The position numbers and the translations under genes are program-made. Of a DNA stretch of 64,000 nt, positions 1 through 11,793 are shown piece by piece. The notes beneath the pieces were generated by a model. The model had not been told where the DNA came from, ran no database searches, and was given only the letters and a program-made list of their open reading frames with translations. The number at the start of each line of letters is the position of its first letter. Positions within the stretch are counted from its first letter, which is position 1. Origin of the DNA: Takakia lepidozioides (Eukaryota; Plantae; Bryophyta); assembly GCA_030704615.1 (NCBI GenBank), contig CM060733.1:71548001-71612000 (forward strand), read 5' to 3'.

Positions 1-817
1 GCTCCGCCAAGCCATCAGCCTCGGGATTATCCCGAGAAGTAGTGTGGTGATCTATGAAGGCTTCCTCGCATGCCTGAAACTCCCCCAATAACTCTCTCCC
101 TTGGTCCGTGAGTACCTCGGCTGGAGCACCAAACTGGCTAAGCACTCGATCTAAGAATGCATACGCAACCCCCTCACTTGCCTTGTCAGGCAATGCCACC
201 AGTTCCATCCATTTGGATGTTCCACCATCACCAGCACATACTTGTTATGGCGAATCGTTAGTGACAATGGGCCTGCGAAGTCAAAACTCCAACAATAGCC
301 CAAACCCATAATGGGTAAATGATGCAATTGTGGAGTAAGTGCATTGAAAGAAGCCCGCACTCTATCACACACCATGCACTTTGCTACTAACTGCTGCACA
401 TCTGTGTGCATGCCCCACCACCAATACTGTCCTTGCAACAAACTATGAGTGTGCCGCACCCCAAAATGTCCCAACTCCTCATGGGCATGGCGTACCAATC
501 GCACTCGTTGTTGGGTGAGGCACAATCCTTACTCGTCTATCCTCCCATACACGGAGTAGGTGAGTCCCCTCCCACTTGAACCTCTTGGCTCGTTGTAGGA
601 TCCGATCTCTCTCCTTAGCAGTCGCACTGACTGCTGTCTCTCCGGTACGAAGGTAGGCCAATACTGCTGCATCTTCATGCACATCCTTAGCACCACCAAG
701 CTCCTCACTGATCTCCGGATCGTCATGCACACCATCTACATGACCAATGGGATGGACCAGCTTGAGCTCCTTGACCCTGACCCTGTGCTCCTTCGTTTTG
801 GTTACGACCTCCACCAC
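1..817 (-). pseudogene. Degenerate Ty3/gypsy pol remnant (integrase HHCC zinc finger and start of core), frameshifted
   Basis: ORF 151-525 has HAHEELGHFG...YWWWGMHTDVQQLVAKCMVC followed by WSFDFAGPL...YVLVMVEH; overlapping ORF 479-817 supplies the upstream part in another frame. Confidence 0.8.
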
Positions 818-2346
818 GACCTCTGCCTCCTCTACCTCTCTGAACTACATTGCCTCGTCCTGGACCATCATTGTTCCCTTGGAACTGTCCATTAGGTTAC
901 CACCACTCTCTTATATCTCATAGCAGAAACTACCGTTTTTTCAGATTTCTTCTCAAATTTGTTGACGTGACAACAACCCACACTCTATGTGCTAACATAA
1001 CTAAGACAACCAATTTAAACATGAAAAGGTTCTAACCACCTTCTTTATGTTCTCTTCAGCCCCCAGCTGGAAGTCTGTCACTTAAATACGAAACCCCAGG
1101 ACAAGCAAGCCGGTATAAAGGCCAAATTTTGGTTCTGTGTAGCAAACATACCCATCTTCCAATTACTCCAAGTCAAGAGTAACCTTGTCAGTCCTATCAC
1201 GTAACACATTGCTTGCTGATACTTGCCACAAATTCCTCGAATTGCTAGTCCCCAATCCCTATGCCAACGCCCAGCTCCCCCATCCCACGGACTTAGGAAC
1301 AAACAAACCGACCGACCACCTTCCTCTCGAACCCGACCACCCCATCCCTGTTTTCTTTCTCCTCCTCCGAGCCCCATCTCCGCCGTAAATTATCCTTAAC
1401 GCAAATTGACGGCCCTAAAATTCAAGATATGGGCCACATTTTTTGGAGGGGGCCCAAACTATATCTGCAAATGCATGGAGTGAATGAATGGACAGACCAC
1501 TCACTCAACTCTTCCTCATCCCCGACCTCTAATAACTTATTATACCGGCTTACAACTACACCACATTATTGAATATTGGAACAATTGATGTCTTTGGCAC
1601 GCCATGCATGAGTCTATGTCCAGAGGGGTAGCTAGCGGACTAGCCTAGCCTGGAATGTAGTAGGTATGCCATCACAAGGGCCATGTTCGACAATGTGGGC
1701 TAGGCTGACCATGCCCTTGTCAACGGGTAGCTGATTTCACGATTTCACAAAGCTCTAGCAAATCAATCGACGTTTCAATCCTGATGGATGGATCATGGCC
1801 TGGTCCGGTAGCAAGTTCCACTAGGCATATTTTGGATGGCCTGCTATGCACGGTAGCAAGGTTGCTACCTAGTTCAAGTTAATGAATTGGTTGGCCCGTA
1901 TGTTTGGTGACATGATTACTTGACAATTCTGTTTTCGACGCATTTTCAGCCATTTTGGAGGAGGATTCCACTGGCGTAATTTGGGGTGTCAAGAGCTTGT
2001 TCCCACCATTGCATGCAAAAATTGAGCGCCCCTTGCCGGTGCTGTGTGTCGGATCGACAGTCCCCTAGAGGGAGCGCAAAAGAATGTTGGGATCCTCAGC
2101 TCTTAATGTGAGGGAACAGGCGAGCGACGTCCGTGCGGTACTGACATTGTCTTTTTGGCTCGCCCTGCCGAGCTAGTTGACCACCTACACAAAAGTGAGG
2201 CTATGTGATTCATGTCTAATGCACAATAGCGGTGAGGTGTAACATGGGAGTGCACTTGTGCATGAACAAGCTTTTGTTTTTGTAAAAAGAAGTCCCACTG
2301 GGCACGACACTTAAACCCAGCAAAGTCCTCATGTAATAACTTCACT

Positions 2347-3068
2347 TGTCGCGCACCTCACTTCGGTAAGCTCCCCTTCAAGTCATAGTTACTCGCTTTG
2401 ATGCGCGCGCCTGACTCCCAACCTGGCCGCCGGGCCAACTCGGAGCTTCGGCTGCTCACCGGGACATAATGGTCCCCCTTCGCTCTCCCGAAAGACCCTC
2501 CACCTATTTGGGCCTAGTGGAATTCCCTTTGGTAGATGGCAGTCCGGAACAACTCCCCACTCTTTGGTCGCTTTCCGGCTCGCTCGCTTACTCACTAGTT
2601 TTTGGACACCAACGGGCTTCCACCGTTCTCGGGGTTTTTACTCCCCTTATATATACTTCTGTAGCTGTCCGTGGGGGTTTCACAACCAGCCATGCCATTT
2701 TATGGTGAACCACCACGAAGACCCTCGACTCCCGGTGGTGAGTCGCGGTGAGTCTTGGCCCACTCACCACGGCCCCATTGGGCCGTGATGAGTCCCAAGA
2801 CTCCCCACGACTCCCACCACGAGGTCTCCACCCCATGGTGAGTCCTATGCCACCCCCACTAAGTCCCACTAAGCTACCACCACCCCTTGTGGAGCCACCC
2901 CCACCGCAACCCGGTGTGCGGGGCTCCACCTAGTGAGCGCCTCCGCTTCCCTGAGTGCCTTGGGCACTCAAGGGTGCTCAGCCCCCCATACCTATCGCTG
3001 CCGCTGCCCCCACCACAGGGGCAGCCCCTCATGTGTCCCGACCCCCTGCCCTCAAGGCAAAGGGCCGC
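2347..3068 (-). repeat. 3' LTR of chromovirus copy 1 (inner boundary deleted)
   Basis: Near-identical to 8583-9309; lacks the terminal GACA and adjacent bases present in sister copies. Confidence 0.92.
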
Positions 3069-3965
3069 CTACCAACAGGGAGTCGATGTCCTCATCGACT
3101 TGTCCATTTTGTAGAAACGAACATCCAAGTTGTGGCGTCCCACATCAAGGAGTTTGTTTCTGTACCATGGCGTCCCATGGCAAAGAACCAAACCCCACAC
3201 TTGACTCTACTCTCCACTAGCTAGTTCGGCCGACTTCCTCCAAGTCCCGGCCAAGGGTGGAGCCTCTCCAGCTCCTCCCAGTGCACTCTTCTTGGCCTAC
3301 TTCAAGGTCAAGGAACGATCCTCCCCGAGGATTGAATCGCCTTACTGCAACAACATTGCTTGCGATCGCTCATGATGCCGCTTTTGGCATCACCTTGAGC
3401 AAGGGTTCACCTGGAACCCTCTTTGACTAGGAATATAACCTTGAACCAACCGTGCGCCCCAATCACTACAATTGGGTCCGCCTTGGAATGCTGGCCTGAG
3501 GTACGGGAACACGCCGAAGCCGCACTACGACTTCGTCCCGAGGTTACACGATTATAGTACGTGAACGGAAGCACGTAGCTTCCGTTAGCCCGCACTACAA
3601 GGCAACCCCCTCGGTAGCGCAGTTATAGTACGCGCACGCGCCAGGTGCGCACTAGCACGTGAACTCCCAAAGAAGGCGCAAGTTTCCTTGCCCCTTGGAT
3701 GGGAGTCACCCGATTTCGGCACTGCGCAAACACACGATTAACCCAATTTACCTCTCCCACTTTTGTAAGCTAGCATGCATTCTACACACTAGCCAACCAC
3801 ACCATGCATCACCATTCCAAACACAATAGGACGCACAATATTTGGAACCCATTTCCTTTATAACAAATTTTTGTACAATACAAGTTTTTGCAATCGGATT
3901 CCTGAGCTAGCTAAACCGGGCTAAGCATGCATTTCCTCCCCCACGCTCCAAGGTTGATGTCCCCA

Positions 3966-6900
3966 TCAACGTTTCTTCCGCTTTTGAGGTCGCCCTTCGA
4001 ACGCTGCAACTGCCTCGGATGCGTTTCCCATTTCTGAGGCACGCACCCAAGATGCCTCCACATGATGATAGCCCTTTCATTTCACGAGATACTCCGTTTC
4101 TCGGTTCTTGAACCTCCTCGACTTAAGTACTGCCTCCACCTCGTACTCAGGTTCATTTTCATGATCCAACAGCATAGGTGGCGGACGCAACACTTGATGC
4201 CGATTCGGAAGCGCTTCATCTTTGAAGTAAGGCTTCAAAAGGGAGACATGGAATACTGGGTGCACCTTGCTGTTTGCCGGCAGCTCCAATTCATACACAT
4301 CCTCATTCATAACCTTCCGAATGCGAAAGGGTCCCGCATACGGAGGTACGAACTTCGGACTCACTTCCGGAGGTAGTCGGAAATTCTTGATGTTCAACCA
4401 GACCTCCGTGCCTGCCTCAAACTTCACTTCCCTCCGCTTCCGATTCGCCTGCCTTTCATACCGTTTCCTAGCTTTGGCAATGTTGTACTTTGCGAGCTTC
4501 AACAAACGTCGCGTTCTTCTAGTACCTCCGCTACTGCCGGTTCCTCAACGTCCTGGGCGGCCCAACTTGTCGGCACCAGAGGTGCTTTTCCATAGACCAA
4601 TACGAAAGGGGAAACTCCCGTTGCGGAGTGTTTTGTGTTATTATAATAGAACTCTGCCGCGTCTAAGTGTTTCATCCAGTCTGATTGGTCTGCCGACACG
4701 TAATTCCGCAAGAATTGCTTCACTACGGAATTCACTCTTTCCGTTTGGCCGTCCGTCGTAGGTCGGAAGGCGGTGCTCATCTTCAGCCTCGTCCCCATCT
4801 TCTTCCAAAGTGCTCTCCAAAATTTACTCGTAAACTTTGGATCGCGGTCCGAGACAATATCCTTCGGGACTCCATGATGCTTTAAGACGTGGGCAAAGTA
4901 AAGTCGCCCTGTCTCCTGCGCCGTTGCCGTCTCCTTGGTGGGGATGAAATGGCCCATTTTACTGAACCTATCCACCACCACCATGATTGCATCGAATCCT
5001 TTTGACAGCGGTATAGTAGTCATGAAATCCATCGAGACGCTTTCCCAAGTCCCCTTTGGAATCGGCAAGGGTTGTAACAGCCCCGCTTGCTTTTTGTACT
5101 CGCTCCGGTTTTGTTGGCATGTGGTGCATGTCTTGACATACTCCTCTGCCTCCTCCCTCAGTTTGGGCCAGAAATACTCTTTCTTCAAGAGTGCCGCAGT
5201 GCGCTTGGCTCCGCCGTGGCCCGCAAGCGGGCTATCATGGCATTCTCTCAAGAGACTATCCCTGATCCCTCCCTTCGGCACGTAGAGACGCTTTTGCTTA
5301 TACCGGAGCAGTCCATTTTGCAAGTGGAACTGCGATTTAACCCCCATCCTCAAGTCATGCATCACGGACTTCGCCAGCTCATCCTTCCGGCAAGCCTTCC
5401 GGATCTTCCTTTGGAGCGCCGTCTCGCCCCTGTGCACCAACATGAGCTGCTGCTTTCTACTTAAAGCATCGGCCACCACATTGTCCCGTCCCGGTTTGTA
5501 CTGGATATCCACGTCGAACACTGCCAAAGTATCTTGCCACCTAAGTTGTTTTGGGGACAACTTGGGCTGCGTGGCAAAATACTTCACTGTGACATTGTCC
5601 GTGAACACCTTCACTGGGTTGGAACCAACATAGTGGCGCCAGAGCTCAAGGCAATGCACCACCGCCTTCATCTCTTTTTCGTGCGTCGGCCACCGTCGCT
5701 CCACTTCATTCAGTTTCTTACTTTTGTAAGCCACTGGACGTCCATCTTGCATAAGTACACCCCCAATCGCGAAGTCCGATGCATCTGTATGAATCTCAAA
5801 CGGACGATCGAACTCCGGGATTTTCAAGACTGGAGCTTCCGCCATCCGTTGCTTCAATTCAGCAAAAGCTTGGCCACAAAATGTGTTCCATACCCAGACT
5901 TTGGATTTACACAGAAGGTCCGACAGCGGCCCCGCGATCTTGGCGAAATTTCTCACATACTTCCGGTAATAGGAGGCGAGTCCTAGGAAGGATCGCACTC
6001 CCGGGACCGAAGTCGGAGGCTCCCAGTCCAAGATCGCCCTCACCTTTCTGTCATCCATTTTGATCCCATCCTGTGTAATCACATGCCCCAAGAACTCCAC
6101 TTTTGTGACCTCGAATTCGCACTTTGAAGCTTTGGCATACAGCTTCCCTTCTCGCAATTTTTGGAACACCCTTTTGAGGTGCTCCAGGTGCTCCTCCTTT
6201 GTTTTCGAGTACACCAAGATGTCGTCGATGTACACGATCACAAAGTCATCCAACCACTCCTGAAAAAGGCTGTTCATTAGCGTGCTAAAGGTCGCGGGTG
6301 CATTGGTGAGCCCAAAAGGCATCACCAAAAACTCATATGAACCATACCTTGTCCTGCACGCGGTCTTCTCCTCATCTCCTTCCGCCACCCGAATTTGATG
6401 ATAGCCGGAGCGCAAGTCGATCCGGCTGAAATACTTCGCTCCTGCCAACCGATCGAAGAGGTCGTCGATCCTTGGCAAAGGGTACCGGTTTTTGATAGTC
6501 ACCTTATTCAGAGCCCTGTAATCGACACACATCCGCAGCGTCCCATCGTTCTTGTCTGCGAATAGCACCGGGACTCCGTAAGGTGACTTACTCGGCCGGA
6601 TGTACCCCTTTGACATTAGATCCTTGAGCTGAGTCTTCAGCTCGACCAACTCTCTGTGGCTCAACCGGTAGGGCGCCTTGGCAAGCGGTTCCGATCCCGG
6701 TATCACCTCAATCTTGTGGTCAACTCCTCTTCGCGGTGGCAAGCCGCTTGGTAAATCCTCCGGCATCACATCCTGGTATTTCTCCAAAATCCCCTTGATC
6801 CAATCTGGGCTCGGCTCCCCATCGCCTTCTCCCTTCACTTCTCTAATGTAAAGCAAAAATTGGGGCTCGTGTGCCTCCTCCACGGCCCACTCCCTTGCTG

Positions 6901-8527
6901 ACAGAAGGTTTATTCGCCCTCCCACGGATTTGGGCGTTTTCGACACTCGTAAGACCTCGCCACCATTCCAACATGGCAGCGTGACTACTCTCTTGCGGCC
7001 ATCTATGACCGCTCCGGATTTGCTCAGAAAGGTCATCCCCAAAATGAGATCCACTCCATCGATCTCGCAGATGGTGAAGTTCTCACGTCCTTCCCAACTC
7101 CCCAGTTGAAGAGGGACATCGAACGCCAACCTCGTCGCCAATTGCGGTTCTCCTTTGGCAGAACGCACCTCAATGGAGGCCCCCACGTCACTTGTCGGGA
7201 GTCCCAGCTTTTGTGCCGTTGCCGGTGTCATGAAGGAGTGCGACGCTCATGTGTCCACCAACAACGACACGTTAGTTCCGGATATCATCCCATCTACGAA
7301 CAATAACTGACTCCCTTTACGTAAGGCGCCCGTTTCCTGATACAACTCACAAGAAAATTTGCCTACCTTGCAAGTCCTCGCGACCACCGCTTCCACTAAG
7401 CGACTGATGGTATCTTCCGACAGCTCCGTGGTCGCCCGAGTCATGTTCAATTGTCGGGGTTTCGTGCACTTCTTGGCCATGTGCCCGGGCTCCCCGCAAT
7501 TGAAACACACTCCATCAAAGGTCGTCTTCTGTCCGCCATAGGCCGCTCCACCCGCTTTTCTTTTCGAAGCGCCGGGTGCCGCCTTGACTTGTGAAGGTCC
7601 TCCCTTCGATTTCCACGTGCCATTGTCGCCGCGTGGCCTATCCCACTTCTTTTCCGGTTGGAAGGAGTCACCTTCCCGCCGAATCTTTTTGTGGTTCAGC
7701 TCCGTACGGCCTTGTCTTTCACCCCTAGGGACATCTGAGAAACATTCAGCCCTCTCAATAGCCTCGTTCAAAGTCTTGGGTGGCTTCTCCTCCAACTTCC
7801 GCCTGGCCCATGGGGCCAGTCCCGCCACAAAGTTGAAGACCATTTCTGGTTCTGCCATGTCCGCGACTTCGAGCAACAGCACATTGAAAGCCTGGACATA
7901 TCCCCGAATGTCATCTGTTTGCTTCAAATTCCTCATCTTGTCCCGGGCGAGCCAGGACGCGTTGAGGGGCACAAACTGTCTCTTCATCAATTCCTTGAAC
8001 CCACTCCAGTTCAAGGTTTCCGGGCTTGGACCTCGGTCGTGAAGGCGTTTCTGCAACCATTGTTGAGCATAGCCCCTCAAATAGGTGGGAGCCACTTCCA
8101 CCCGATCCTCATCACTCAACTTGGCCGCCCGGAAGTACTGTTCTAGCTCCAGGAGCCAGGTGTTGAGTGCCTTCCGATTTCGGACGCCCTCGAAGGTGCC
8201 GGGTTCCTTAGGCTTCACCTTAAACTTCGCCTTAGTGGAAGTGGCATTAGCCGCCTTCAACACGTCTTTCAATGTCCCGCCAAACTGCGCCAGCAACCCT
8301 TCCCAAAAGGCTGCCGGTATGGGAGGCATCTGTTGGTTTGTCGGAGCTCTCAAGGATTCCTCGGGCTCCGACTCCTCAGATTCCTCCCGCTCTTGCGCGG
8401 CCTCATTTTCAGAAGCATGCATCACTTCCTCAAACGGCCGCCTCGGTGACACGTCGCCCCCATCGGGCTCACCAGGGTCATCATCTTTTGGGCCGTTCCG
8501 CTTTCACTTTGGCTTGCCCGACCCCAT
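3966..8527 (-). pseudogene. gag-pol polyprotein of copy 1, disabled
   Basis: CFNCGEPGHMAKKC knuckle; LVDT*ASHSF (stop in the protease DTG motif, 7247-7249); YIDD RT; TDASD RNase H; H-H-C-C integrase finger; chromodomain YEVEAVL...EYLVK*KGY. Also a stop at codon 8 and a frameshift near 4500. Confidence 0.93.
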
Positions 8528-8568
8528 GATGAGGCCAATCCCAAGGACGATCGCGTACTAAACTCTAA

Positions 8569-8580
8569 GCTCTGATACTA
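8569..8580 (-). other. Primer-binding site, tRNA-iMet type (one mismatch)
   Basis: Minus strand reads TAGTATCAGAGC next to the 5' LTR; sister copies have canonical TGGTATCAGAGC. Confidence 0.85.
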
Positions 8581-8582
8581 AG

Positions 8583-9309
8583 TGTCGCGCACCTCACTTC
8601 GGTAAGCTCCCCTTCAAGTCATAGTTACTCGCTTTGATGCGCGCGCCTGACTCCCAACCTGGCCGCCGGGCCAACTCGGAGCTTCGGCTGCTCATCGGGA
8701 CATAACGGTCCCCCTTCGCTATCCCGAAAGACCCTCCACCTATTTGGGCCTAGTGGAATTCTCTTTGGTAGATGGCAGTCCGGAACAGCTCCCCACTCTT
8801 TGGTCGCTTTCCGGCTCGCTCGCTTACTCACTAGTTTTTGGACACCGACGGGCTTCCACTGTTCTCGGGGTTTTTACTCCCCTTATATATACTTCTGTAG
8901 CTGTCCGCGGGGGTTTCACAACCAGCCATGTCATTTTATGGTGAACCACCACGAAGACCCTCGACTCCCGGTGGTGAGTCGCGGTGAGTCTTGGCCCACT
9001 CACCACGGCCCCATTGGGCCGTGATGAGTCCCAAGACTCCCCACGACTCCCACCACAAGGTCTCCACCCCATGGTGAGTCCTATGCCACCCCCACTAAGT
9101 CCCACTAAGCTACCACCACCCCTTGTGGAGCCACCCCCACCGCAACCCGGTGTGCGGGGCTCCACCTAGTGAGCGCCTCCGCTTCCCTGAGTGCCTTGGG
9201 CACTCAAGGGTGCTTCAGCCCCCCATACCTACCGCTGCCGCTGCCCCCACTACAGGGGCAGCCCCTCATGTGTCCCGACCCCCTGCCCTCAAGGCAAAGG
9301 GCCGCGACA
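8583..9309 (-). repeat. 5' LTR of chromovirus copy 1
   Basis: TG...CA ends, adjacent PBS and TSD. Confidence 0.95.
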
Positions 9310-9699
9310 TCACTTGTCATGAAGCACTGCTCAAAAGTAACCTCCCACAATGCCCCGAACTAGGGGCTGTAATCCAGAATGGCTGAGGGTTAGAGTGCAT
9401 AATCCAATGAAGGAATGTTCTATCCACGGATGTCACATTATTTACAGAGCGAATTTTTGATCAATGCTTTCCGGATGGGAGAAGCCCCTGAGTGGAGGGC
9501 CTTCCTAGATTTGAGGGTCTCAAGCCGAGGTGAAGGCCCGGAAATCTAGGAATGCCCAACACGATGGGGCTTCTCCTACGTAAATAAACTCAAAAATTTG
9601 TTATATTTCTGTTGTCTGACATGTATCACTTTAAAGATGCACTTGTAAAGATAACGGAATAAACCAACAGTGCATCCCGATAAATAGGTGTGTGTTGCT

Positions 9700-10430
9700 T
9701 TTACAAGCAGCAGTGGAACAAGTGGGTCAAGATCAGCTGGGACATCCACTGCAGCTCTTGCCGTCGCACCAATACCTGTGTCTGCCTTCAACCCGATTGT
9801 GAAGTTCTTCCAAGAGTTGAGAAGGAACTACCAGGGGGTGAGAGCAGAGAAGTTGCGGAGCTTGCAAGAATTCCAACGAAAGCCTACTGAGAGTTTGAGG
9901 GAGGCTTACACTCGCATGAGGCGTTTCAAGGGGTTATGGAAGCTCAAGCAGTCCAATTTTGGTATGGGATATTGGATAAGGAGCTGAGGAGAAGGGTGCG
10001 GGATGCAACTCTCCTACAAGTGGCCCAACCCACCCTAACAAATGTGTTTTTGCTAGCAGAACGGATAGAGCTCAACATGGTGGAGGAGCGAGTGGTTATG
10101 GTGGGGTTTGGCAGGGAGACACAACGAAGTGGAGTTCCTAGCCAACAACAACCAACTCACCAACGTGCTCAAGGCAACAAGGGGGCTCAGATGAAGCCCA
10201 CGGAAGGCCAGAGAGGATCTCACATGCAGAGGTCTCTTCCTTCATTTTCAGACCAACAACAAGTGGGTGTGTCCTGTTGGATTTGTGGAGGACCCCATGT
10301 CAAGAATGATTGTCCAGAGGGAAGCAAAGGGTCGGCACAGACTCAGCCTACACAACTACAGCGTGGGCATTGTGGCAAGTATGGGCATGAGGAGGCCCAT
10401 TATTATGACTTGCATCATGAGCTATGGCCA
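9700..10430 (+). pseudogene. Retrotransposon gag remnant with zinc knuckles
   Basis: LQEFQRKPTESLREAYTRMRR gag-like motif; CWICGGPHVKNDC knuckle and a second degenerate CGKYGHEEAH; frameshifted. Confidence 0.7.
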
Positions 10431-11793
10431 GGCCTGCGGTGCTTAACCCGTTTCCTAAAAATGCAATCAAAGGAAATATCGTGAAAACTATATATGTCAT
10501 ATGCAATTGTCAAACAGTTCCTAGTGTCATCCTATCTCCGTTCTGAGGCAAGTCTAATCACTGTACGAAAGGCTAGTTGACCTCGTGTATGCATGGGGTT
10601 CGGACAAAGAAACTACTCGGTTTCATGTTTAATCTATGGTAAGTCATCAGTTCCATACACATGTCCCTTTGGTCTAACTTGCTATCTCCTCTCTTTCTAT
10701 GTTACATTGTATGTGTGTGATGTTAGGGTGTTATGGATTTGCAGATTTTTGGCTGGAATTGTGATACCAGCTGCCACAAAGGATGTGCCAGTTGGCAAAG
10801 TGCTTTGTAAAATTGCAAGCATCTTTTCCACGAACTGCTTGCATAGCACTTTTTGTGTCGTTCTTAGGATGGAGCCATTTTCTAAGTGGCTTGGCATATA
10901 AGCATGGATAGCACAAAGAGCTAGACCTTGAGAGAGAGAAGGAAAGAAAGAAATAAATGGCGGGAAAGACAGAGGGAGAAAAATGAATGAAACTGTTCAG
11001 CTACCAAAGGGTGGCCGCAGGGTCCATGTTGCAAAGTAGAACAACGAGAAACCACTACAGAAAACATCATACGATTGCATACTTGAGATTCAGGTTTGAT
11101 CAGGGTTGACATGATACCGGGCTTGATTCTGTAGCCGAAGTGTAGGGAGAATCTTGCCAGAGGTTGAACCCTCATAGCACAAAGGTGCTTGCAAACTTCA
11201 GCACACTAGGGAGGGACTTCACTACCTACTGAAGTGGGTTAAATCATGCCAGGGTAAGGGGAAGTTTACAAGGAGAAGCATGTGTGCTATGGAGGAGCAA
11301 GAGCTGACCGTCATGTTGGAAAGCCACCAGGGTCCCTCTCAGGTTTCTCTTGGGGGTAATTTAGCTACCCTGATCTCGAATGGTTGTAAGATTGCGTTGT
11401 CATTTGGAATGTTTCCTGGTGTGTACTGCTGCTTGCCCGGGGTCGATTCTGGACGAATTGGAAACAGAGCTCTTGCAGGTACCCTCACAGTTGGAAGCGC
11501 AGGATGTCACTCATAGGAGTTTTCCATGTCCCGTAATGAAGCCATCTGAGCTGTAGCAGATGTGTGTTCAAGTGTCTAGGGTTCTGGATTTGGACTGCCT
11601 CTCCATGTTTCACCTCATCTCGATCATCCTGTGATGAACTGCCTGCATATCTCATGTCCTTACAGTGGAAGTCGCGTTGTCGGGATGAAGTTGGCAGTTT
11701 GCAGTGTATATAATCATTAGACATAAGATGGCACTCCAAAATATGGGTGAGGCTTCACCTCATCTGGATCCTTGTGTGTGTTCGTTTCCAGGC

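Larger units (their letters stand above)
2347..9309 (-). mobile_element. Full-length Ty3/gypsy chromovirus (Galadriel-like) LTR retrotransposon, copy 1
   Basis: LTRs with TGTCGCG...CGCGACA ends; 5-bp TSD TCACT at 2342-2346 and 9310-9314; gag-PR-RT-RH-IN-chromodomain on the - strand. Confidence 0.96.

Noticed and set aside
2389-3224. Pro/Gly-rich ORFs in the LTRs and antisense ORFs over pol
   Set aside because: By-products of GC-rich LTR sequence and codon bias; no domains, and frames vary between copies.
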